Assembly: GCA_951406725.2 (NCBI GenBank) | Contig: OX597821.1 | Location: 76,012,001 to 76,076,000 of the forward strand | Reading direction: 5' to 3' | Length of the DNA stretch: 64,000 nt | Origin: Octopus vulgaris | Taxonomy: Eukaryota | Part shown: piece after piece, positions 1 to 13,599 of the stretch | Layout: each line of letters starts with the position of its first letter | How positions within the stretch are numbered: position 1 is the stretch's first letter | Translations under genes and position numbers: made by a program | Notes under the pieces: generated by a model | What the model was told of the DNA's origin: nothing | Databases searched by the model: none | The model's input: the letters and a program-made list of their open reading frames with translations, nothing else

Positions 1-825
1 TTGGTTGGCATCCTTTCAGTCTCGGGAGACCATGGAGTTGCGCATAAAGTAGTCTAGTCCTGCTTTTATATTTCATGTCCTGATACATTTCCTGCTGTGG
101 CTGTGTAGTCCTATCCTGGACAAACACTCCCTCTGGCAGGTACCGCAAATGTAGCGAAGACTGTTCCTGGCTGGTTGTAATGCCATAGTCTCTTGTTGGC
201 GTCTCTTCTTTTCTTTCCATTTCTCCTCTCTCTCTCTGTCACTCCTTTGTATTCCCTCTTTTACGGTACGTCGCCATTCTCCACGGTTGCCGGCAACTGC
301 CTCCCAACCGCTAATATTGATGTTGCAGACCTTCATGTCCCTTTTGCAAACATCCTTGTAACGTAAGATCGGTCTACCCACAGACCTAGCACCCCTAGCA
401 AGTTCTCCGTAGAGTATGTCCTTGGGGATTCTGCCATCTTTCATACGGCTAACATGCCCAAGCCATCTCATACGTCTTTGTGTGAGGAGTGCAAACATGC
501 TTGGTATTCCTGCTTGCCTGAGGACATCTTTGTTGGGGATATGATTCTGGCATTTGATGCGGAGGATTTTTCGGAGGCAGCGCAGGTGAAAGATGTTTAG
601 GCGACGCTCTTGGCGTGTGTATAGCGTCCAGGTCTCACTTCCATACAGTAGAGTGCTGAGTACACATACCTGGTAGATCTTCATTTTCGTGGTCTTGGTC
701 AGCTTATTGTTGTCCCAAGCCCGTTTGGAGAGTTGGGCCATCGCAGCAGCTGCCTTGCCAATGCGTATATTGAGCTCAGCGTCAAGGGATAGGTTGTAGG
801 TGACGGTAGAGCCCAGATAGGTAAA
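1..825 (-). mobile_element. 5'-truncated RTE-clade LINE: C-terminus of the ORF (stop at 73-75) plus 3' UTR
   Basis: ORF 73..~825 reads FTYLGS..ELNIRIGKAAAA..TKMKIYQVCVLSTLLYGSETWT..FHLRCLRKIL..RMRWLGHVSRM..IPKDILYGEL..GRPILRYKD..CGTCQRECLSRIGLHSH, typical of the RTE/BovB thumb and C-terminal zinc finger. The ORF-track N-terminus (826-909) is TA microsatellite. Confidence 0.9.
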
Positions 826-1657
826 CATATATATATATTTACCCAGATAGGTAAATATATATATATATATATATATACATAATATATGTATGTACATATA
901 TACAAGCATACAATATACATTATAGGCGCAGGAGTGGCTGTGTCGTAAGTAGCTTGCTAACGCACATGCGCAATTAGTCAGTTGCTTCCTGTTCAGCCAG
1001 AGTGGACGCGAGTCAATCAGCTCCGTCCAATTAAAGAAAAAAGACCAAAAACGGAAAGTTGTCGAGGTAAGTGATTTTGTTTATTGTGAGTTGGGCATAA
1101 TTTATTGCGTGCCAATTATTATTTCAGTAAGTTGTGTCCAACTCTGCGACAATTTCGCCTGCTCTCGGCGGCTGCTGTTTTTGTGTTCATTGAAAAAAAA
1201 AGAAAAAACAGTGGAGGGGCGTATCCTCAGAATTCAATACAGTTACTGTTAAAATTACCGTTGGCGGTAGCCAGTGCTGTGTTTGGGTTTGTTGAATTTA
1301 TTCCCTTGTCAGAGTACTTCGCAAGAAAATTATAAAAATAAGCCACTATTGAATTACCTTTCGGACCCATTTTTGTGGAGGTTGTGTTGCAGTTGCGGCG
1401 TTCTAGGTTCAACCCAGGCCGGGAGTACCGCAAGGCCAGAATATTTTTGCTGTGTTTTTTCTGTTTATTAACTTTCTTTTGAACTTCATTTAACCCCCCT
1501 TTTGTTTTTTTTCTTTATTGCGACTTTCCGTTAATTTCTTCCCTTCTGTTGTGCTTTCTCCTTTTTGTTTTTTCAAAAATCTATCAAATTTTATTTGGAC
1601 TTTTGAACTTTTTTCTTCCTGCTTTTGAGTTTAATTTGAATATATTTAAAAAAAAAC

Positions 1658-2893
1658 ATGGCAATGAAAAATAACAAAATTTTGGAGTGGGAAATCATAC
1701 CACCTAAAAAGTGGTTAAAGACCGTGAAGATAGGACGGTGGTGTTGAGAACCTACTCCAAGGCACTTGACACCATCGCCCTATTCGAAAAGACGGCAATT
1801 GAAAAGGAGTTGGAAGAGTATTTGCCAACAATTAAATTCATTTCCAGAGGTGTCAAATATGCAACGGTGTGGTTGCTATTTGACACCCCTGAAGAGGCTT
1901 GCAAATTTGCTAGCAAACCCCTGGAGGATAAGGAAATCTTATTCCTGCCCACGTACAAAAAAAAGAAATTGATGAAAGCTTGGATTTGCGGACTGCCACC
2001 CGACATAGAACCCGAGTGGTTAGAGGAGACTATCCGCCGGGGTCTGGGTGACAGCGAAACTAAGCTCCTCAATGTAAAAGTTCTTCCTGTGGCTGCTTGG
2101 GTTGGGTCAAAAGCAATTTTGACCCTGTGGACCCAATCAGCCAATCTGGTTCTTCCAGATTTTTTGAAAATGGCCGGGTGCAGGTACCCGGTGATGCTTG
2201 AGGGTCGCCCCCCTAAGTGTCATCGGTGCTTGGAGTCCGGCCACATAAAGAAGAACTGTCCTCGGGAACAAAATAGGATCCCGAAACAGTTAAGTAAAAC
2301 CCCTCTAGAAGAGGGAACGATAACGGCCGAGAAAGCAGAGGACTCCTCAAACAGAGACCGAAAGAGGAAGGTGAGCAACAATGGGTGCTCACCAAAGGAT
2401 AATAGGGATGAGGAGAGGAAGGCGAATCTTCCAGCCACGGAGGAGACGCACCCTCCCTCAGTTGAAAAGAAAAAAAAAGAAAAAGAGGAGGAAAAACGGG
2501 ACATTACCGGCTGTCAGTGTAGCACCGGAATGTCCCGGAACTACGTTGGTTGGGGTTGTGCCACCGACAAGAGAAGGAATACCGTTGGCGGAAACTGTGC
2601 CGCCAACGAAAGAACTGAACGTATTGGTCCTCTTCTATAGAGGAGGAGAAATTGAAAAAGTGATGGAAGAGCACTACAAGGGAGCACCTTTAGCCTTCAC
2701 ACAGGACCCCGAATGGCCTCCGCAGGTAGCTGTGGAGGCCGTGGCGTTCGACGTGACGCTTGGGCTAAAGGAGCTCAATGAAGATTATAACTTGGTCCCG
2801 GGCGACGCGAACTCGGAACTTGACTACGTTCTGAGGGAGGCGTGGTTGATGGTGGAGGGCGCGGGCACAAGCTATTTCGAGGACGATATGTAA
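1658..2893 (+). pseudogene. L1/Tx1-type ORF1 (gag-like nucleic-acid-binding protein with CCHC knuckle), two compensating frameshifts
   Basis: ATG at 1658 (MAMKNNKILEWEIIPPK) shifts at the A-run ~1706-1710 into ORF 1711-2640 (..YPVMLEGRPPKCHRCLESGHIKKNC..). It returns at the A-run ~2465-2490 to the original frame (ORF 2381-2893, ..ELNVLVLFYRGGEIEK..YFEDDM*). Reconstructed length about 411 aa. Confidence 0.75.
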
Positions 2894-2914
2894 TTATTGA
2901 ACTGTTATTATTAG

Positions 2915-3037
2915 TAATGGACTTAAGTCCAAAAATTGAAAAATTTTAAGAGGATTAATACCTCGTTTTGTATTAATAATGGACTGCTAAGTCCAAAAAT
3001 TGGAAAAAATTGTAAGAGGTTTAATACCTCGTTTTGT
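2915..3037 (+). repeat. Two ~60-bp direct repeats carrying hairpins in the element's 3' UTR
   Basis: taatggacttaagtccaaaaattg..gaggattaatacctcgttttgt (2915-2971) recurs at 2977-3037. Stems are tggact/agtcca and gagg/cctc. Confidence 0.85.
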
Positions 3038-3359
3038 GTTTATCTTTAAAAAGAACAATGTTTTAGAGAAGCGAAAGTCGGCGGGCGCTTTTTGTCTTCT
3101 CCCATCCTTATCATCTTTCTTTCATTATCATTCACCTCATTAATGTCCTCGTCCAGCCCGCAAAGCTAACTTAATCTGTGTACTGCCTTTATGGCAAATG
3201 TTTTGAAATAAAGTAGCTTGCTAACCAACCACATGGTTCCGAGTTCAGTCCCATTGCATGGCATCTTGGGCAAGTGTCTTCTGCTATAGCCCCGGGCCGA
3301 CCAATGCCTTGTGAGTGGATTTGGTAGACGGAAACTGAAAGAAGCCTGTCGTATATATG

Positions 3360-3411
<52 letters not shown>

Positions 3412-3739
3412 TGCCCTCCCCCCAACATCGCTTGACAACCGATGCTGGTGCGTTTACGTCCCTGTCACTTAGCGGTTCGGCAAAAGAGACTGATAGAATA
3501 AGTACTGGGCTTACAAAGAATAAGTCCCGGGGTCGATTTGCTCGACTAAAGGCGGTGCTCCAGCTTGGCCGCAGTCAAATGACTGAAACAAGTAAAAGAG
3601 TATATACACATATATTTATATATATTTTATATACTTGTATTATCCCATATATTTTTTCTCTTCTAGTTTCTGTCCAAGGACTGCGGCCATGCTGGGGCAC
3701 CGATGCACACACTGAGACACAGACACATACATGCATGCA

Positions 3740-5681
<1,942 letters not shown>

Positions 5682-5798
5682 TGTGTGTGTATATATAGGG
5701 AGAATTAACAAAGAAACAAAAGACGAAGACAGGTGGTGTAGAAAGCAACACAGAAAGAAACAAGTAGAGAAACAAGGAAAAAAAAGGAGCGAAAATAT

Positions 5799-5838
<40 letters not shown>

Positions 5839-5840
<2 letters not shown>

Positions 5841-6049
5841 TCTTTTACTCTTTTACTTGTTTCAGTCATTTGACTGCGGCCATGTTGGAGCACCGCCTTT
5901 AATCGAGCAACTCGACCCCGGGACTTATTCTTTTGTAAGCCCAGTACTTATTCTATCGGTCTCTTTGCCGAACCGCTACGTAACGGGGACATAAACATAC
6001 CAGCATCAGTTGTCAAGCAATGCTAGGGTAGACAAACACACACACACAA

Positions 6050-6122
<73 letters not shown>

Positions 6123-6288
6123 TATGACGGGCTTCTTTCAGTTTCCGTCTACCAAATCCACTCACAAGGCTTTGGTCGGCCCGAAGCTATAGTAGAAGAA
6201 ACTTGCCCAAGGTGCCGCGCAGTGGGACTGAACCCGGAACCATGTGGTTGGTAAACAAGCTACTTACCACACAGCCACTGCTGCGCCT
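5839..6288 (-). mobile_element. SINE family A, full length
   Basis: Reverse complement of the family A head (..cacagccactgctgcgcc) and tail (actcttttacttgtttcagtcatttgactgcggccatg), with internal microsatellite. Confidence 0.9.
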
Positions 6289-6615
6289 ATATATGTATAT
6301 TAAGAAAGAAATATTGATATATACATATATATATACACATACGTGGCAACATACACACATACACATGCATGTGTATATATATGTATATATCAATATACAT
6401 ATGTATCTATATATCAATATTTTTTTCTTTCTGTTAATCTATATATGGAGTGTACGCGCGTGCGCATGTAAGTATTCGCGGGGTTCTTTTGTGTAAGCTG
6501 GAGAAATTTGTGAAGTATTCTGGATGAGATTTTTTCGTATATAATTACGGTTAAGTAAGCAATTGTATTGTTTTTTTTATCTTTATTTTCATTATTGTAA
6601 TATTTGATAATATTT

Positions 6616-6662
6616 CTGTCTATAAATAGTGTGTTTCAGTATTTTATGCATCATCAGGACAG
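6616..6662 (-). ncRNA. Degenerate type I hammerhead ribozyme motif
   Basis: Minus strand: CTGTC-CTGATGA-tgcataaaatact-GAAAC-acactattta-TA-GACAG. Helix I is perfect; helices II and III are imperfect. Confidence 0.5.
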
Positions 6663-7048
6663 CATAGAGGCCGATTGTATTAAGTAAGCAAAATATATTT
6701 CAACAATTTAGATAAAAACTGATAAAGAAGAAAAAGAAGTATTTTTGGAAAAGTTCTTATTTTGAACGTTGGCCTCTTTATCCATTTTGCCGTTTCCACT
6801 AAAGTCACAAATATCTCTGAAATACTCAGTCGTTTATACTGTAATGCAGTGTGAGATAGGAACGAGGTCACGTGCTTATAGTAAGATACAGTGGATGATA
6901 TCAGCGTTACGAGATGCTACAAGAATTTAGCAAACCTTCATCAAAGAAGGTAGTGTGAAGTAACTAAATGCTGAAAAGTATTTTGTTTGCCACCATTTCT
7001 ATTATTCCTTTATTTTCGTCACTTATACTGCATCTAAGTGTGTAATTC

Positions 7049-7237
7049 TTTTCTACTCCAGGCACAAGGGCCGAAATTTGTGGAGCAAGTACATAACTGG
7101 TACTTAATTTATCAATCTCGAAAGGATTAAAGGCAAAGTCCACCTCGGCGAAATTTGAATTCAGAACGTAAAGACAGACGAAATACCGCTAAGCATTTCG
7201 TACGGCGTGCTAACGTTTCTGCCAACTCACCGCCTTT
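7049..7237 (-). mobile_element. tRNA-derived SINE family B
   Basis: Matches the family B core (aaggcaaagtc..ctcggcg..aatttgaattcagaacg). TSD taagtgtgtaattc at 7035-7048 and 7238-7251. Confidence 0.85.
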
Positions 7238-7660
7238 TAAGTGTGTAATTCGTTCTTCGAAAAACTAGATGATGTATCAGCGACACGAATTCCACCCAAA
7301 CGCATGTATATACTCACGTATATGCGTGTTTGCTTTTTTGTATGTATTAATATATCTGTGAGTATTTCTGTGCATCTTATTTTATGGTTTATTTATAGAT
7401 GGAAGGGTAGCTCTTACCGCATTTTTAAAGTTTTCAAAATTAAGATGGTTAGGTTGGGAGGCTGAAACTAGAAATCGTGGACTATTCGTTGTAATGGTTT
7501 GAATATTTGCAAAAAGAACAAAACGGACTGAAAAGTCAAGATATGAAGATGATTTGGACATAATGCAATCTTTCCAGTGAGTTTGTACAATGATTTTTAA
7601 TTCATATGTAAAGAATTGAATTCATAATGTCAGGGCCGCCGATCGAACCCGTAATCCTAT

Positions 7661-8010
7661 TGCGTCTGCCGTTACGTTCTGAGTTCAAATTCCGCCGAGG
7701 TCACCTTTGCCTTTCATCCTTTCGGGGCCGATAAATTAAGTACCAGTTACACACTGAGGTCGATGTAATCGGCTTATTCCGTTTGTCTGTCCTTGTTTAT
7801 CCCCTCTATGTTTAGCCCCTTGTGGGTAGTAAAGAAACAGTTACGTTCTGAGTTCAAATTCCGCCGAGGTCGACTTTGCCTGTCATTCTTTCGGGATCGA
7901 TTAAATAAGTACCAGTTACACACTGGGGTCGATATTATCGACTTAATCTCTTTGTCTGTTCTTGTTTGTCTCCTCTATATTTATCCCCCTGTGGGCAATA
8001 AAGAAATAAA
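7661..8010 (+). mobile_element. SINE family B, tandem of two core+tail units
   Basis: gttacgttctgagttcaaattccgccgagg..gcctttcatcctttcgggg..agtaccagttacacactg occurs twice. Confidence 0.85.
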
Positions 8011-8492
8011 AAAAAAACAATCGTATTACTGCGTAGTGAATCCAGCAGTAACACCAACTCTAATTGCAAAAATTCAACCCGGTACCTTTTAACTTAGAAT
8101 ACCGGGTTCGAGTCGTTTTACAGGCACAGATTCTTACAGAGGTCCTCATACCGTAGCTTCGTTTCAACCGGTTCCATAAATATGACTTTGGAATGAAGTT
8201 GTAAAACGAATGAATCATATGAGGTGTTGAGGTGGTGTAGAGAGACGAAAGAGCGGCACCGAGGCCACAAAATGCACATTACAGTTATCTAACGTGTCAT
8301 CGTACTGAGGTGCTGCTCCGCACAATACTTTGACACAATACCCGCAGCTCGCTAATTGCAATAATATAACTTTCAAATTTTTTTTTTCCCCTCAATTTTT
8401 AATCTTTTGCATCTTCATTTCCTACGACTTGTTTCACATATCTTTCTCTGCCATTAAATCCATCGTTTACACCACTGTCGCATTTAATATCT

Positions 8493-8531
<39 letters not shown>

Positions 8532-9447
8532 ACACACTCTTTCTCTCTCGCTATCTCCCTCTCTCTTTCTGTCTCTTTCTCTCACACTATTTCTCAAATA
8601 TCAAATATTTCTCTGTTTCTGTCTTTTTATGTCTCTTCGACATTAAATCTTTTTAATTTCCTCTTCCCTGTCACTCTCACGTTCATTATGTCTCTCTTTC
8701 TAAATTTCTCTCTCTCTCTCTACCACTCTCTCTGTCTCTCTCTCACACACTCCTGCTTTCTAGCTGCTATTAAATCACTTATAGATATCACACATACAAA
8801 CTTTAACATCCTTTCATCCCACTTCCCCACAATCATTAAAACAACCCTTCATCTACGCTATCCTTACCATTCCTCTTTCACTACTCCCCTCCCCCCAGCC
8901 ACCATCATCCCATTTCAATAAACATTGTCCTTATCACATTTTCCACCATATTTTCTCAACTTTGCTTTGTTCCCACCTCCTCCTTTTTCACTTTGTTTCA
9001 TCTTCTCCACCCCCCGCTCATGCTAGATTTCACTTCACTGGGTTCGACTGCCAGCAATGCGTTTATCACTTCAGTAAGAAGTCTCTAATTAAAGTTCAAC
9101 ATAGATGGTTTTACAGAAACACTGCAAGACTTCCCTTTCATTTGCTATCACTTTAAAATATCGTCTGATTTAAATTAAGAAATCATATGATTCTCTCAAC
9201 CATATTGTGATGTTCTGCCTCTTTATTTATTTATTTATTTATATGTTTGTTTGTTTGTGTGTTGATTTATTTATCTATTTATTAAAGCCATCAGAGCAGT
9301 AACTGACAACAGACACGCAACGGAGCATCTGAAGCGGTTCCCATATTTTCTTTCCATGGGTCTTTTTCTTACCAAAAGGAACATAATTACTTTCAAGTTT
9401 TAACTGCCCTATTAATGTGTGTGCGTGAGTGTGCGCGTATGCGTATG

Positions 9448-9526
<79 letters not shown>

Positions 9527-9556
9527 ATGTATTATTTATATATGTGTGTATTATAA

Positions 9557-9602
<46 letters not shown>

Positions 9603-9619
9603 GTATTACATATATCTTT

Positions 9620-9840
9620 TATCTCTTACTTTTTTAGTCATTGGACTGTGACCATGCTGGGGCACAGCCTTGTGGAATTTTAGTTGAACGAATCGACCTC
9701 AGTACTTATTAGGTTTTCTTTTGTAAAGCCTGGTACTTATTCTATCGGTCTGTACTGCCGAACTGCGAAGTTACAAGGACTTAAATACACCAGCGTCAGT
9801 TGTCAAGCGGTGGTGGGGAGACAAAATAGGACACAAAGAC
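9620..9840 (-). mobile_element. SINE family A 3' half, diverged
   Basis: gactgtgaccatgctggggcac..tacttattctatcggtc..caccagcgtcagttgtcaagcg matches the family A tail. Confidence 0.75.
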
Positions 9841-9903
9841 ACACACACTCACATACACGCACACACATACATATACATGAATATACATACATACACACAT
9901 ATG

Positions 9904-9940
<37 letters not shown>

Positions 9941-10614
9941 GATCTGTGTACTTACATTTTTGGAACAAGGGAATCTAGCACTCCCACAGATCGTGTCGTA
10001 TAGCCAGCTGGAGACGATGTCTCCTGGGGCTAAATTACAGCAGAATTTGTCCTAAACCAGGACTGCCATGTTATGTTGGCAAACAATCTTTAGTACAAAA
10101 TATTGTTGCTGAATGTCTCTCGTTGTGAGACTTGAAAATAGTAATTTTCTTAAACGATGCTGTTTCTCATTTGGTACCTAGGTCCGCATTGATTCTACCA
10201 GAATGAGTTGAGCTCCTAAGCCGTGACGAAAGCAACTAACCAAGGAAACCGAAAAAGGTAACGGAAATAATTTGAAGTAAGTTGTTCATCAACTTGGTGG
10301 TAATGATCTGCACCAACTTTCTGTTATCACCATTTCCAAAAAATAATTTGTCTGGGTAGTTTAAAAGTGTAGCCCCCCCCCCACGTCCTTTTGATGTGCA
10401 GCTTGGTCGTGCAGTTTCCTTTACAATTTAGTGATCCGCAGATAGAGCCTGTATAATTTCCAATTCTGTAACAAACGTTGTCCAAGAAGAACTGGCCGTA
10501 CTAATGACCAATAAGCAGTTTTTTTACTTGCGACTCTTGGATTTTATTTCATGCAAATCATCAAACATTTTCTCTACGCGCTCAAGCAGAGCGTAGTATA
10601 AAGACTAAAAAATA

Positions 10615-10781
10615 TTACATTATTTACATTTGACGGATATTTGTCCTCATCTTGTTTGTTGTTAACACGTTTCGGCTGATATACCCTCCAGCCTTCATCA
10701 AGTGTCTTGGGGGAAATTTGGAACCTGATTTTTCCTTCCTAAGCTATTTTTCGATGTTATTATTATTATTATTATTATTAT

Positions 10782-10851
<70 letters not shown>

Positions 10852-11021
10852 TGTAGTAGTTGTAGTAGTAGTCAGGTTACTGTTTGGAATCGTACTCGGA
10901 ATCTTTGGGTTAGTAGCCGGCGCTCTTAACCACTATGCTATATGCCCGTGGTTATGCATAGTCGTTACGAGCGCAGGCTACTAACCCCAACATTCCGAGT
11001 TCGATTCCAAGCAGTGACCTA

Positions 11022-11052
<31 letters not shown>

Positions 11053-11232
11053 TAATACTAATAATAATAATAATAACAACAACAACAACAACATCGAAAA
11101 ATACTTTAGGAATGAGAACCCAGGTTCGAAATTTCCACAAGACACCTGATGAAGGCTGGAGGGTATATCAGCCGAAACGTTGTGTTAATATCAAATATGA
11201 GGACAAATATCCGTCAAATGTAAATAATGTAA
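10615..11232. mobile_element. ~620-bp palindromic element; each arm is a tRNA-like head, a (TAA/TAG)n spacer and a hammerhead motif
   Basis: The left arm is the reverse complement of the right arm around a centre at ~10948. B-box gttcgattcc at 10999-11008. Hammerhead motifs at 11141-11186 (+) and 10664-10706 (-). Confidence 0.8.
11141..11186 (+). ncRNA. Minimal type I hammerhead ribozyme motif (Penelope-like element [PLE] type)
   Basis: GACAC-CTGATGA-a-GGCTG-gagggtatat-CAGCC-GAA-ACGT-T-GTGTT: helix I GACAC/GTGTT, helix II of 5 bp, and a very short palindromic helix III (ACGT). Confidence 0.65.
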
Positions 11233-13202
11233 ATAATGAAGATATTTGTGGTTTACTTCGTGCGCATGTCAAATGTAACCTGAGAATTTAAGCGCTACGA
11301 ACTGATACAAAGGCACACTTCATTCCAATTTATAGGTTGTGCAGGCAACCGAGAGATGGAATGATTGTTTGAACTCTTGTTTTCACACCCTGTCTTCAGT
11401 ATTCTGAGTTTACAATCTGTGAGAAGAAAAAAATAAATAAATACAGTAATTAAGAAAGGGTAAAATACAAGTGGATTACATCGATGAATATTTTCTGAAA
11501 TTTCCGAGTTGGACATCTTTATCTCTGGTGTGGATATATATGTTAGATAATGATGAGTTACGTGAAGCTGACTTGCCCTAGATAAACCCTTGAAGACAGC
11601 TTTGAGTCATGACTCCTTTCCAAATGGATTATGGGAACAACAGTCACCAGTAGATAGCACGTTTATTACAATCCCTGGCGTATAGGTCAATCGTCTGACA
11701 TTCGAATAATAAAAACCTATTCATACGTATTTGTGTTTATCACGACTGATATTTATTAGACAAACCAATCGTAAGGTGTGTGAGACGAGGAACAGGAAAT
11801 CAGAGATATGCTATAATGTTTCTGTTTTGTTTCGTTCATCCTTTTATTGCTATTTCGGTCTTTGATATGAATCATTCGTTCAATTTATTGTACAGGAATG
11901 CAAAATATTGATATCGCAGCCGTCTGTCGCAGCAATCAAGCGATGTCATTACAGCCGGAGAGACAAAGAAACAGAGACAGAGAAAGAGAGAGAGAGAGAG
12001 AAAGAAAGAAAAGATAACGAAGGGAAAAAGAAGAAATAGCACAAATGGTTGATAGAAAAAGGAAGAGAGAAGAGTGTTATTGTGGTAGCAGTGCTACAGA
12101 GGCGAGGCGGGGAAGATACACTTAGATATGATAGAAAGTAATAGCAAATGTTTTAAAGAGCGAATGGAAGAGTTTTTAGTCACTGAGGGAAGAGAAAGAA
12201 ATACAAGGCGTTGAAGATAAAATATTGACGAACGATATGAAATAATATATCGTGTCATTGAAATTGGGTAGAGACAGAGATTCACAGCAGACAGGGAAGA
12301 CTACCAGATACTAAATTGTTTTTTTTTTTTCTATTTTTTTATTTTTGATTAAGCATGAAAGCGAAACAGCAGAAATAGTACCAGAACGGATCGCACACTT
12401 TGTCTTAGGTTGTGCCACTGTGCCACCCACTATTCCACTGTTTTAGTACCTGAATATTGAATTCATTCCAGATTACATTGGAAAATTAAGGGACACTGTG
12501 AGGAATTTATTTCAATTTTTTACTTGAGGTGATACAAAAGCAAACAAATTCTTAATAATCCGAAAACGACCCCGTCTCTCAGATTTAGCTTACTCATCCC
12601 AATCTTATCAACTGTGATCCGCATATTGGTCAGTAATCCTAGAAATTTGTTTTAATTCTCACTCAACATAATTGTCTTCCAGTTAATAATTTTGCGATCT
12701 CGAGCTTTTTAAAGATTATTTCGAGCGAGTTATGAAGAACTTATATCGGAACTAGATCGAACTTTCCACTCGTTCAAAATTAATTTGTTTTTCTTCTCTA
12801 ATCGGTGAGGATTATAAAATGTTGTCAAATAATATATATATATATATGTGTGTGTGTGTGTATGTGTGTGTGTGTGTGTATGTGAGTGTGTGTAAATATA
12901 TGTAAATAGAAGGAGAAAAAAGGACACGCAGACAGACAAACAGACAGACACACAATGAGCGAGAAGGAGTGAAGCATAGATGTACTGCTCTAGATATGGT
13001 ACCAGAATGTTTTACCAGAATGTAATAAGCCCTAGAACAACCGGCAAAAGTCAACAAATTGTTACCTAGACACACTTAAGACACTGGCAACTCTAAGGGC
13101 AACAGGTACGCTTATAAACACACGAAGAAGCTAAAACAGAACTGCTGCGGCTGTAATTATTACTACCGCTGCTAATAATACAATAACAATAATGATTTCT
13201 TT

Positions 13203-13250
<48 letters not shown>

Positions 13251-13253
<3 letters not shown>

Positions 13254-13599
13254 GAGAATTGAGAGACCGCAAACCTCCACCAGGGCAACACCAACGTCCC
13301 CTCAACGATTAGCCAGAGATGATTTTTAAAATGAGAATATCTGAAATAAACTCAACTGCTCTCACAAACGAGAATACTAAAAAAATTAACCCGATCGCTC
13401 TCAGAAATTAAGTAATAAAGCAGGAAAATAATCCAGAACGTTCCCCAAATCTAATCAGTTCGTGCCAGTCACGAGGCCAAACATCCCTGAAAGTTTCATC
13501 CGAATCTATCCAGCGGTTCTTGAGATATCTTGTCCACGGTTAAACAAACAAACACGACTGAAAACAATACCTCCGCCTTAGCGAAAGCGGAGGTAATAA
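13251..13599 (+). mobile_element. Non-autonomous Helentron/Helitron2-like (HINE/DINE-type) element
   Basis: Subterminal acctccacc (13273-13281) is complementary to the 3' gcggaggt. Terminal hairpin tacctccgc/gcggaggta at 13568-13595. A/T-rich insertion site without a TSD. Class assignment is from recalled architecture. Confidence 0.6.

Larger units (their letters stand above)
962..3210 (+). mobile_element. ORF1-only (HAL1-like) non-autonomous non-LTR retroelement
   Basis: Flanked by a perfect 15-bp TSD aagtagcttgctaac (947-961, 3211-3225). Ends in AATAAA (3207-3212). About 700-bp 5' UTR, one gag-like ORF and ~320-bp 3' UTR; no RT or endonuclease. Confidence 0.8.
923..3600 (+). mobile_element. 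tRNA-derived SINE family A copy, split by a 2.25-kb insertion (head 923-961, remainder 3211-3600)
   Basis: taggcgcaggagtggctgtg..aagtagcttgctaac resumes at 3211 with caaccacatggttccgagttcagtccc.., then an internal (TA)n(TG)n and the tail ..gactgaaacaagtaaaagag. Colinear with the intact copy at 63231-63685. Confidence 0.9.

Noticed and set aside
826-909. N-terminal extension of the 278-aa RTE ORF
   Set aside because: It is TA microsatellite plus a 14-bp duplication (cccagataggtaaa) at the truncation junction, not coding sequence.
1752-2504. Antisense ORFs over the ORF1 gene
   Set aside because: Shadow frames with no recognisable motifs.
9950-10610. Possible decayed LINE coding sequence on the minus strand
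   Set aside because: No unambiguous motif could be read.
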